Below, in pieces: positions 56,491-64,000 of a DNA stretch of 64,000 bases. The stretch lies in NCBI RefSeq assembly GCF_026626745.1, contig NZ_JAPNJW010000002.1, forward strand, positions 1,190,151 to 1,254,150, given 5' to 3'. Numbering within the stretch: the stretch's first letter is position 1; each line of letters starts with the position of its first letter. The notes under the pieces are model-generated. The model was not told where the DNA came from, did not search any database, and worked only from the letters and a program-made list of their open reading frames with translations. The position numbers and the translations under genes are program-made. Source of the DNA: Nannocystis sp. RBIL2. GTDB taxonomy: Bacteria > Myxococcota_A > Polyangia > Nannocystales > Nannocystaceae.

Positions 56491-57420
56491 ATGGCAACCA
56501 CGATCGCCCAGATCGGTGGATTTGAACTTTGGGACATCCTGCAACTTGCGCAGACATCGCGCATGTCGATCAAGCTGTCCGTCGAGTCGCCGCATGGCGT
56601 CGGCGCGATGTTTTTCCAGGGCGGCAACCTCGTCCACGCCGAGACCGGCGCGGCCCAGGGTGACGACGCCGTCAACACGATCCTCGACTGGCGCGAGGGC
56701 AGCGTCTCGTCTTCGCAGTTGCCCGAGAACTGCCCGCAGACGGTACGACACACCTCGATCGTCGCGTTGTTGATGGACCGAGCTCGTCAGCGCGACGAGG
56801 CTTCGCGCAACGAGCCGCCGCCACGCAGCGAGCCGCCGCGTAGCGAGCCACCGCCGCGAAGCGAGCCACCGCCACGCGCCGCGACGCCGCCCTCCCCTCC
56901 GCCGGTGCCGGTGATCGAGAAGCCGCAGCGAGCTGCGCCGGTCACCGTCCCGCCACTTCCGCCGCTGCCCGTCTCTACACCGACGCCGGCCTACGCGGCC
57001 GCCCCCAACGTTGCAGCGCGCGACAAGGAGCTGTCAGACATGGACCTCAAGGTCGTGAAGGCCATCCTCGAGGAGCTCGACGACCACCTCATGGGCGGCC
57101 TCATCAGCGTCGACATCATCAGCAAAGCCTCGGGCATGTCGCTCGCGGGCATCAACTCGGCGCCGAAGGCGTGCGCCATGTTCAACCGCCTCTCCGAGCA
57201 GCTGCACAACGCGCTGACCCGCTCGGAGGATGCCCTCGCCAAGGGCATCAACAAGTTCATCATCGAAGGCGACAATGGCCTCCTGATCTTCGTCATCGAG
57301 CTCGACGACCGTCACCGCTGGGCGATCCTCGTCGACGGCGTCAAGGCGCAGCTCGGGTGGGTGTTCGTCATCATCCCCGAGCTCCAGCCGCGCCTGATCG
57401 CCGCGCTGAAGGGTCGCTGA
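56491..57420 (+). CDS. DUF4388-domain protein fused to a Roadblock/LC7 (MglB-like) domain via a Pro-rich linker
   Basis: ORF 56413..57420, Met MATTIAQIGG at 56491 after GGGGAGG; N-terminal DUF4388-like IGGFELWDILQLAQTSRMSIKL; PPRSEPP repeats; C-terminal roadblock-like segment GLLIFVIELDDRHRWAILVD. Confidence 0.65.
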   Translation: MATTIAQIGGFELWDILQLAQTSRMSIKLSVESPHGVGAMFFQGGNLVHAETGAAQGDDAVNTILDWREGSVSSSQLPENCPQTVRHTSIVALLMDRARQRDEASRNEPPPRSEPPRSEPPPRSEPPPRAATPPSPPPVPVIEKPQRAAPVTVPPLPPLPVSTPTPAYAAAPNVAARDKELSDMDLKVVKAILEELDDHLMGGLISVDIISKASGMSLAGINSAPKACAMFNRLSEQLHNALTRSEDALAKGINKFIIEGDNGLLIFVIELDDRHRWAILVDGVKAQLGWVFVIIPELQPRLIAALKGR

Positions 57421-57426
57421 GTCGGC

Positions 57427-57465
57427 TGTCCTGAGGGACATGTCCTCACGGGCATGTCCCTCGGC
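57427..57465. repeat. GGACATGYCC-family element
   Basis: CTGTCCtgaGGGACATGTCCtcacGGGCATGTCCC downstream of the DUF4388 gene. Confidence 0.75.
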
Positions 57466-57515
57466 ACCTGCTCCCGAGCACCTGGCCGAACAAACCTGGC
57501 CGATCGGACAGCCCC

Positions 57516-58121
57516 GTGGTCTACATCAGCAAGGTCTACACGAAGTTCGGCGACCGCGGCGACACGATGCTCGCCAGTGGCGACACCGTCGGCAAGGACG
57601 CCCCGCGGGTCGCCGCCTACGGCGAGGTCGACGAGCTCAACGCGGTGCTCGGCGTGCTGCGCGTCGAGCTCTCCCGCATCGGCGAGCCCGGCGAGCGCCG
57701 CGAGTTCCTGGCCGCGCTCGACGCCTCGCTCGCGCGGATCCAGCAAGAGCTGTTCGACCTCGGGGCCGAGCTGGCGACGCCCGGCGCGACCGAAGGCAAG
57801 GCGCCGCTCAAGGTCGAGGAGGCCGACGTCACGCGCCTCGAGCACGAGCTCGACGCATGGAACGCCGACCTGCCGCCGCTGCGCAGCTTCATCCTGCCGG
57901 GCGGCGGGCCGCTCGGTGCGTGGGCCCACCTCGCACGCACCGTGTGCCGCCGCGCCGAGCGCAGCGTCGTCGCGCTCGCCCGCGTCGAGCCGGTCCGCGG
58001 CGAGGCCGTCCGCTACATCAACCGCCTGAGCGACTGGTTCTTCGTCGTCGCCCGCGCCGCGGCCCATGCCTTCGCCGTCCCCGAGGTGCTGTGGGATACC
58101 CACCGGAAGCCCGCCCCGTGA
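57516..58121 (+). CDS. PduO-type ATP:cob(I)alamin adenosyltransferase
   Basis: GTG start; IYTKxGDxGxT pattern (VYTKFGDRGDTML), then RVAAYGEVDELNAVLG. Confidence 0.8.
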   Translation: MVYISKVYTKFGDRGDTMLASGDTVGKDAPRVAAYGEVDELNAVLGVLRVELSRIGEPGERREFLAALDASLARIQQELFDLGAELATPGATEGKAPLKVEEADVTRLEHELDAWNADLPPLRSFILPGGGPLGAWAHLARTVCRRAERSVVALARVEPVRGEAVRYINRLSDWFFVVARAAAHAFAVPEVLWDTHRKPAP

Positions 58122-58345
58122 CCCCGCCCCTCCTGAAGTTCCGCTACGAGTACCCGCCCGGCGAGGCGCACTTCCTCGAGGCGCCGACAGCCGAGGCCGC
58201 GGTGCTGTTCCTGCGCCGCACGTACCCGCACAACCCCGTCGACGTGCTGCCGACGCTGCGCGAGATCTCGCGCTGGCCCGCGTTTTGGAAGACCGTCGAC
58301 ACGCAGGGGCTCGTCCTCCCCGACAACGCCAAGCCGCGCTCCTGA
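58118..58345 (+). CDS. small hypothetical protein (75 aa)
   Basis: GTG overlaps the upstream stop (GTGA); strong GC3 bias. Confidence 0.45.
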   Translation: MTPPLLKFRYEYPPGEAHFLEAPTAEAAVLFLRRTYPHNPVDVLPTLREISRWPAFWKTVDTQGLVLPDNAKPRS

Positions 58346-58408
58346 GCGGTTTCTGCAGCGCCGGGGCTCGCTTGACAGGGCCCGAGGCCCCGCCCACCCT
58401 CCGAGGCG

Positions 58409-59212
58409 ATGGCCGACGACGATCCGATCACCGAGGGAACTCTCGATCGCCACCTCCATCGGCCGCTCGCAGCGTGGGTCCTCGAGCGGGTGCGACCGGC
58501 GCCGAGCGTCGAGCTGCTCACCCTCGCCGGACTGGTGGTCGGCCTCACCGGCGCCGTCGCCGTGCTGCTGGCCGCGCCGAGCGGCGTCGACTGGATCTTC
58601 CCCGCCTGGCTGTTGTTCGCGTTCACCGTCGCCAGCCGTTGTCGCCGCCTCGTCGCCGGCGCCGCGGAGGCCGAGGCCGGCACGCTCGAGTTTGCGATCG
58701 GCGCCGCCTTCTGGGTCGCGCTGACGCTGCGAGCCGCGCCCGCCAACCCGTGGGCCTGCACCCTCGCGTCGGTGGCGCTCGTCAGCGCGCTGATCCACGT
58801 CGGGCTCCACGCCGAGCTGCGTCGCCGGTTCCGCGACCTGACCGGCGGTGGCAGCGACGCAGCGCCGCCCTCGCCGCGGCCCTCGGTGACCGCGCTGTCC
58901 CGCGGGCTCGGCCCCGCTGTGTTCCACGACATCGCCGCCGCGCTGCTCGGACCGGAGCACACCGGCCCCCGTCCCACCCCCGGCGCTGCCCGCTCCCTGC
59001 TGGCCCCGCCCCTGCGCATGGCCGCACCGCTGAGCCACGACACTCACCTCGCGCTGCTCTACGTCGCCACCGCCGCCGCGGCGGTCCGGCTCGACCTGTC
59101 CTTCTGGACAGCCGCACTCGCGGTCGCGCTCGGGCTCAACGTGTGGGCGCTCCTGGTCGTGTCGGCCTGGCGCCGCGCCGAGGCGTTGGTCTGCCGACTT
59201 CCGCCCGCCTGA
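58409..59212 (+). CDS. hypothetical integral membrane protein
   Basis: Several hydrophobic helices (LLTLAGLVVGLTGAVAVLLAA, WLLFAFTVA, LALLYVATAAAAV). Confidence 0.5.
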   Translation: MADDDPITEGTLDRHLHRPLAAWVLERVRPAPSVELLTLAGLVVGLTGAVAVLLAAPSGVDWIFPAWLLFAFTVASRCRRLVAGAAEAEAGTLEFAIGAAFWVALTLRAAPANPWACTLASVALVSALIHVGLHAELRRRFRDLTGGGSDAAPPSPRPSVTALSRGLGPAVFHDIAAALLGPEHTGPRPTPGAARSLLAPPLRMAAPLSHDTHLALLYVATAAAAVRLDLSFWTAALAVALGLNVWALLVVSAWRRAEALVCRLPPA

Positions 59213-59581
59213 GCTGCAAGCGTGGTGTGACTGGGTGCCGACGCGCGGGCTCAACCGAGCCGCGTACCTGGCCCAAAGGTCAGACGCATCCTCGCCGCAG
59301 CGCTGGCCCGCCCGAAGTCCGCACCTGCCCCTCGGGCAAAGTGTGACCGCGCGTTTTCCGCCCGAAGTCCGCACCTGCCCCGAAGGCCAGGCGCGTCACG
59401 TGGCTCGCCCAGCTACCAGCGCCGCGCACGACTCCGCTCGAGCCACGCGGCTGAACGACGCGCGAGGTCCAGGTACGACGAGCGCGCCCGGGCTGCGGCG
59501 AGCGCAGCGCGGGCGCGAATGTGTCTGGCCGATCGCGCATGTCCCCGGGACCCTGTCCGCGGGGACACACGCCGACGGCGC

Positions 59582-59848
59582 TCAGGACGCGGCGGCCTGC
59601 TTCTCTTGCACCGTCTTGTGCAGCAGGTCGACGAGCTCGTCGATGTTCGTCAACTTGTTGAGCTCGGCGCGGGGGACCTTCACCTTGAGCTCGCGCATGC
59701 TGCAGGAGACGACCTCGACGATGTCGAGGCTGTTGGCGCCGAGGTCCTTCATCGACTTGGCGGGGTCGACCTGGGCCGCATCGATCCCTTCGACGGTGTC
59801 CACGAGGTGGCGCTTGACGACGGCCAAGACATCATCGCGGGTGCTCAT
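59582..59848 (-). CDS. acyl carrier protein
   Basis: AAGGAG RBS 7 nt upstream; phosphopantetheine site DLGANSLDIVEVV; 88 aa. Confidence 0.85.
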   Translation of the reverse strand: MSTRDDVLAVVKRHLVDTVEGIDAAQVDPAKSMKDLGANSLDIVEVVSCSMRELKVKVPRAELNKLTNIDELVDLLHKTVQEKQAAAS

Positions 59849-59911
59849 TCTCGGTTCTCCTTGGTGGGCGCGGTGCAGGTTGCCCGCAGCGAATCTCGCA
59901 GGAAGCGAAGG

Positions 59912-60727
59912 TCAAAAACTCAGCCCGTGACGCTCGCGCGCCGAAAACAGGCGAACGACGTTGTCGGCGAAACCGAGGCCCCTGTCCAGTAGCAGAATCT
60001 GCCCCTTGACGCCGTCCATGAGGCCGCTGCAGAGGGCCAGCGCCGCGGCCGCGACCTCGTCGGGGTCGATGAACCAGCCTTCCGAGTAGTACTTCTTGCA
60101 GAACGGCACGAAGTCGGGCCCGAAGGTGGCCTCCAGCGATGCAGTCTCGACCGGGTTCGCGCGCAGGATGTTGATGCGAACATCCTCACTGAGCAGATCT
60201 GCCGTGAGGTAGCGACAGAAGGTCTCCATCACGGTCTTGCTCGCGGCCACGAAGTCGTAGCCCGGGAGGAAGTACTCGGGCCCGCGCGACGACATTCCCA
60301 CCGCGTAGCGCGGCCAGCGACCGAAGGTCTCGCGGATGGCCTGCAGGTAGCCGACGAACGGCCACGCGCTGTAGCCGAGGCTGCGCAGGAAGCTCTTCTT
60401 GTCGAGGTCCTCGTGCGACTTGCTGACGTGGGCGAACGACACGTTGCTGATCAGCGCGAACACGGCGTCGTGGTCGCGCTTGACCGCCTCCATCAGCGCC
60501 TCGGTGTCCTCGTCCTGCGACGCGTCGGCCTCGACGATCGTCGGCGCCGGCGCGCCCGCGGCTTCGAAGCGAGCCCGCAGCTCGTCCTCGTCGGCCGAGC
60601 CCCAGCGGTGCGTCAGGTACACGTGTGCGCCGTACTTGCCGAACAACAGGCCGGTCGCCAGGCCGATGCCCGCCGTCCCGCCGGTGACGATGACGGCCTT
60701 GCCCTTGAGGTCGTTGCGGAGGATCAC
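59912..60727 (-). CDS. SDR-family enoyl reductase-like protein (FabL-type TGxxxGxG with Y-x6-K)
   Basis: GTG start (VILRNDLKGKAVIVTGGTAGIG) preceded by GGAAGGAG and overlapping the upstream stop (GTGA); YDFVAASK active-site spacing as in FabI/FabL; paralogue of the upstream gene. Confidence 0.75.
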   Translation of the reverse strand: MILRNDLKGKAVIVTGGTAGIGLATGLLFGKYGAHVYLTHRWGSADEDELRARFEAAGAPAPTIVEADASQDEDTEALMEAVKRDHDAVFALISNVSFAHVSKSHEDLDKKSFLRSLGYSAWPFVGYLQAIRETFGRWPRYAVGMSSRGPEYFLPGYDFVAASKTVMETFCRYLTADLLSEDVRINILRANPVETASLEATFGPDFVPFCKKYYSEGWFIDPDEVAAAALALCSGLMDGVKGQILLLDRGLGFADNVVRLFSARERHGLSF

Positions 60728-61539
60728 GCCGGAGCTCCTTCCTTGTCGCTGCCGCCGACGAGCCGCGGCCCGAGCGTGGCGACGTTGTCGACGAACGCCG
60801 CGCCGCGGTCGAGCGTCAGCACCTGCCCGCCCATCGCGTCGAACAGCCCGCTGCACAGCGCGAGGGTCGTGTCGGCGACCTCGTCGACGGTGCACGCGAA
60901 CTCGGGGAACTTGCCCGCCAGCTCGCGCTGCTGGGCGGCGAACATCTGCTCGTAGCTCTCGGTCATCACCTGGCGGGTGCGCAGGGCGTTGACGATGCAG
61001 CCGTGCTCGTACAGGTGCGTGCTCATGTAGCGCACGAACGTCTCCAGCACCGCCTTGGCCACCGCCACGTAGTCGTAGCCGGGGTAGTGCGTGTCGGGCC
61101 CGTCGGACGACATCGCCAGCGCGTAGCGGGGGTAGCGGCCGAACGCGGCGTGCAGCGCCTGCAGGTAGCCGACGAACGGCCAGCTCGAGTACTCGAGGCT
61201 CTTGTACAGCGCGCGCCGGGTGTGCTTCTCCGGCCCTTCGCCGCGCTGGACCACGCAGACGTTGCTGATGAACGCCCACACGCCGTCGCACTCCTCCTTG
61301 AGCCGCGCGGTCAGCTTGTCGGTGTCCTCCTCGCGCGACGCGTCGGCCTCGATCACCAGCGGCGCCGGGGCTCCGGCGGCGATGAAGCGGGCCTTGAGCT
61401 CGTCCTCGTCGGCCGAGCCCCAGCGGTGCGTCAGCACCGTGCGCGCACCCTGGCGCCCGAACGCGAGCGCGCACGCGAGGCCGATGCCGCGCGTCCCGCC
61501 CGTGATCAAGACGACCCTGTCCTTGAAGTCATTGAGCAA
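60724..61539 (-). CDS. SDR-family enoyl reductase-like protein (paralogue)
   Basis: TTG start after GGGAGG RBS; VVLITGGTRGIG; YDYVAVAK (Y-x6-K). Confidence 0.75.
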   Translation of the reverse strand: MLNDFKDRVVLITGGTRGIGLACALAFGRQGARTVLTHRWGSADEDELKARFIAAGAPAPLVIEADASREEDTDKLTARLKEECDGVWAFISNVCVVQRGEGPEKHTRRALYKSLEYSSWPFVGYLQALHAAFGRYPRYALAMSSDGPDTHYPGYDYVAVAKAVLETFVRYMSTHLYEHGCIVNALRTRQVMTESYEQMFAAQQRELAGKFPEFACTVDEVADTTLALCSGLFDAMGGQVLTLDRGAAFVDNVATLGPRLVGGSDKEGAPA

Positions 61540-61542
61540 GCG

Positions 61543-62319
61543 TCATCCTCCCTGGCCTGGCCCGTAGTTCGTGCGGATCCGCGCCACCGTCTCCGGGTCG
61601 GCGAAGCATACCTCGTGCATCATCGACTCGACCGTGCGCGCCTCCTCGAAGGCCCGTCGGCGCGGCAACGCCAGCGCACGTTTGAGCAACAGCAGCGCAG
61701 CCCGCGGCTTGTCGGCGATCCGCGCCGCCATGTCGAGGGCCCGCGGCAGCACCTCGACGCGCGGCACGACCGCGTTGACCTGGCCGCGCCCCGCCAGCTG
61801 CTCGCCGCGGAAGTACTGCGAGCCGTACAGCATCTCGGCCCCGACGTACTCGCCGAACGCGAACTGCACGAGGCGCGTCGCGCCCATCCCCGGCGTGAAG
61901 CCGAGGTCCATGAAGTTGGCGCCGTAGCGGCTCTCGCGGGCCATCACGACCATGTCGCAGGCGAGGCCGAACACCAGGCCGCCGCCGACCGCGGGCCCCG
62001 CCATCGCGGCGATCGTCGGCACCGGCACCTCGAGCAGCGCCCGCGTCAGCAGCAGGTCGTACGGGGCGATCGTGCCGTCGGCGAGGCCGAGCAGGACGTC
62101 GCGGTCGCCGCCGGCGGAGAACGCCTCGGGCAAGCCAGCGACCACGCACACGCGCACGTCGGCGCGCCGGCCGAGGTCCTCGAGCGCGCGCGTCAACGCG
62201 GCCGCGAACGCCCGGCTGAACGCGTTCTTACCGGCCGCGTCGCGCATGGTCAGCACTGCCACGCCGTCGCGCTCGAGCGTCACCTCGACGAGGCTGTCTG
62301 TTGGGACATGCGCGTTCAT
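61543..62319 (-). CDS. enoyl-CoA hydratase/isomerase family protein (ECH2-like position in a beta-branching cassette)
   Basis: ORF 61543..62730 trimmed to Met MNAHVPTDSLVEVTLERDGVAVLTM at 62319; crotonase fold; ATGA overlap with the upstream ECH. Confidence 0.75.
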   Translation of the reverse strand: MNAHVPTDSLVEVTLERDGVAVLTMRDAAGKNAFSRAFAAALTRALEDLGRRADVRVCVVAGLPEAFSAGGDRDVLLGLADGTIAPYDLLLTRALLEVPVPTIAAMAGPAVGGGLVFGLACDMVVMARESRYGANFMDLGFTPGMGATRLVQFAFGEYVGAEMLYGSQYFRGEQLAGRGQVNAVVPRVEVLPRALDMAARIADKPRAALLLLKRALALPRRRAFEEARTVESMMHEVCFADPETVARIRTNYGPGQGG

Positions 62320-63071
62320 TCCTGTCCTTTCAGCCTGGCGAACCACGGCGGCGCCTGCCCCTCGGCCAGCAGGGCCGCCAGCGCCGCCCGCAGCTCGGGG
62401 TCTTCGAGGTCGGCCGCGGTCTGGGCCACCCCGCCCTGCCCCGCCGGCCCGGTGATCCGCTTGAGCGTCGCTACCGCCTGCGGCCGCGCGCGCAGCAACG
62501 AGCGCAAGAGGCCGCGCAGCGCCTTGTCCGGGTCGTCCGCGACCACGTCCACGAGACCCCACGGCTCGGCCTGGGCGGCAGTCACCAGCTCGCCGGTCAG
62601 CGCCAGCCGCCGGGTCCGCCGCGCGCCGATCCGGGCCTCGAGCGCCGGGAAGATCACCGCCGGCACCAGCCCGTAGCGCAGCTCCGGCAGCGCGAACGTG
62701 GCGGTCGGCGCCGCCACCACCAGGTCGCACGCGGCCGCCAGGCCGACCCCGCCGCCGCTGGCCGCGCCGGTGACCACCGCGAGGGTCGCCAGCTTCGCGC
62801 TCGCCAGCAGCTCGAGGCAGCCGGCGAAGCGCTGCATCGCCTCGCGCATCTGCGCCGACGGGGTCCGCAGCGCCGCCGCCAGGTCCATGCCGGCGCAGAA
62901 CTCGGGGCCCTCGCTGGCGATCACCAGCGCGCGCGCCGGGCCGGCGACCGCCTGCTCGACCGCGTCGGCCAGCGCGGCGATCCCGTCGGTGTCCAATGCG
63001 ACATGTCCTCCGGGACCTGCCCCGAGGAACAGCCGATGGATCAGCTCGCCCTCTTCGCAGCGGACGCGCAC
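62316..63071 (-). CDS. enoyl-CoA hydratase/isomerase family protein (ECH1-like position)
   Basis: GTG start; crotonase-fold pattern ...ALVIASEGPEFCAGMDL...; directly follows the HMGS homologue. Confidence 0.75.
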   Translation of the reverse strand: MRVRCEEGELIHRLFLGAGPGGHVALDTDGIAALADAVEQAVAGPARALVIASEGPEFCAGMDLAAALRTPSAQMREAMQRFAGCLELLASAKLATLAVVTGAASGGGVGLAAACDLVVAAPTATFALPELRYGLVPAVIFPALEARIGARRTRRLALTGELVTAAQAEPWGLVDVVADDPDKALRGLLRSLLRARPQAVATLKRITGPAGQGGVAQTAADLEDPELRAALAALLAEGQAPPWFARLKGQE

Positions 63072-63179
63072 GCGATCACCTCCGAAGTGCAGAAACGAGG
63101 GGACGAGCGGCCGGGCCGCACGACGCCGAGAGGCGGCGCGGCCGGCGTGGCGAGGGACATGCGCGGCATGGTCGGAGCC

Positions 63180-64000
63180 TCAGGACAGGCGGTACTCCCG
63201 CTGGAAGCCGCGCACCGCGTCGAGCACGAGGCGGCCCTTGCCGGCGTAGGCGCGCTCGTAGAGCCCGCGCAGGCCCGACTGGTCGACCTCGTAGTCGCTC
63301 TGGTCGATGAAGGCGGCGCGCTGGCGCTCGAGCGCCTCGTACTCCTCGATGGTCAGCGGCATGCGGCGATCGAGGCCGGCGCCGACGCGCTGGCTCGCGA
63401 CCTGCTCGCGCGCGCGCTCGCCGACGGTCGCGCGGTAGAACTCGGCGCAGGAGCCCGAGCCGTAGGAGAAGATCGAGACCTTGTCGCCCGCGCGCAGCTC
63501 GGGGTCGGCGTCGATGAGGCCGAGCATGGCGATGAAGGTCGCCGAGGTATAGGTGCCGCCGAAGCGCGAGTTGTAGCGCAGCGCCTGCTTCGACTTGCGC
63601 TCGAAGTGCGCCTTGGCCTCGCGCAGCGACATCTCGTGCGGACCGCGGCGCAGCAGCGCCCGGTGGGCCCTGAAGGTCATGCCGCCGAACGGCACGTGGT
63701 AGATGTGGCGCGCGAACTCGGCGTCGTAGTCGACCATGCCCGAGCGGGCGACGAAGTGGTCGTAGGCGCCCTCGAGCGCGTCGAGGTAGCCGTACAGGCT
63801 GGTGTCGGCGTGGCCGACCTCCTTCGTCGAGGTCGGGCGGTAGGTGTCGAAGATCTCCTGCGTCCAGTAGCCGCAGGTGTCGAGGTCGAGCTCGAGCACG
63901 TCGGGCTGGGCGCTGACCAGCATCGCAGTGGCCGCCGCGCCGAGCACGTACTCCCACGGCTGGCCGAGGTGCACGCGGCTCTGATCGGTGCAGACCACCA
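63180..64000 (-). CDS. HMG-CoA synthase family protein (polyketide beta-branching HCS-type), C-terminal part; continues beyond window
   Basis: FSYGSGSCAEFY signature and the overall HMGS C-terminal pattern; the N-terminus lies past 64000. Confidence 0.85.
   Translation of the reverse strand, partial: VVCTDQSRVHLGQPWEYVLGAAATAMLVSAQPDVLELDLDTCGYWTQEIFDTYRPTSTKEVGHADTSLYGYLDALEGAYDHFVARSGMVDYDAEFARHIYHVPFGGMTFRAHRALLRRGPHEMSLREAKAHFERKSKQALRYNSRFGGTYTSATFIAMLGLIDADPELRAGDKVSIFSYGSGSCAEFYRATVGERAREQVASQRVGAGLDRRMPLTIEEYEALERQRAAFIDQSDYEVDQSGLRGLYERAYAGKGRLVLDAVRGFQREYRLS

Overview
This is a very GC-rich (about 70%) bacterial chromosomal segment with Myxococcota hallmarks. Those include a MYXO-CTERM sorting tail, a Myxococcus cysteine-rich-repeat lipoprotein, a CdnL homologue, a Ser/Thr kinase with TPR repeats, a DUF4388-Roadblock protein and two tandem lspA paralogues. 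The window carries about 70 protein-coding genes. Recognisable housekeeping genes are smpB, mdh-sucC-sucD, nadB, pabB-like, pgsA and cdnL. The rest are secreted peptidases and lipoproteins, SDR/epimerase enzymes and signalling proteins. I found no rRNA, tRNA, CRISPR array, transposase or integrase. Five things stand out.
1. A six-gene operon on the minus strand (12770-17337) looks like a signalling module: GRAS-like protein, a 180-aa sensor-like protein, a PP2C phosphatase, an RsbW/SiaB-like kinase, a SiaC-like DUF1987 protein and a class III nucleotidyl cyclase. It resembles a SiaABC partner switch rewired to a cyclase output.
2. A polyketide-type beta-branching cassette sits at the right edge (59582 to beyond 64000): HMG-CoA synthase homologue, two enoyl-CoA hydratases, two FabL-like enoyl reductases and an ACP. 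No KS or AT is inside the window.
3. Two lspA copies lie in tandem about 13 kb from that cassette, separated by about 110-bp tandem repeats.
4. A dispersed family of short GGACATGYCC / CCTGTCC-Nx-GGACAGG palindromic elements occurs about 50 times. Copies sit in intergenic regions, exactly on gene junctions, and in-frame inside several CDSs.
5. There are two intergenic tandem arrays (28424-29000 and 45636-45985), a repeat array at the 5' part of ORF 53949 (54060-54900), and two cases where the 3' end of a gene is duplicated downstream. All internal start coordinates are derived from the ORF track by codon arithmetic and may be off by one or two nt.
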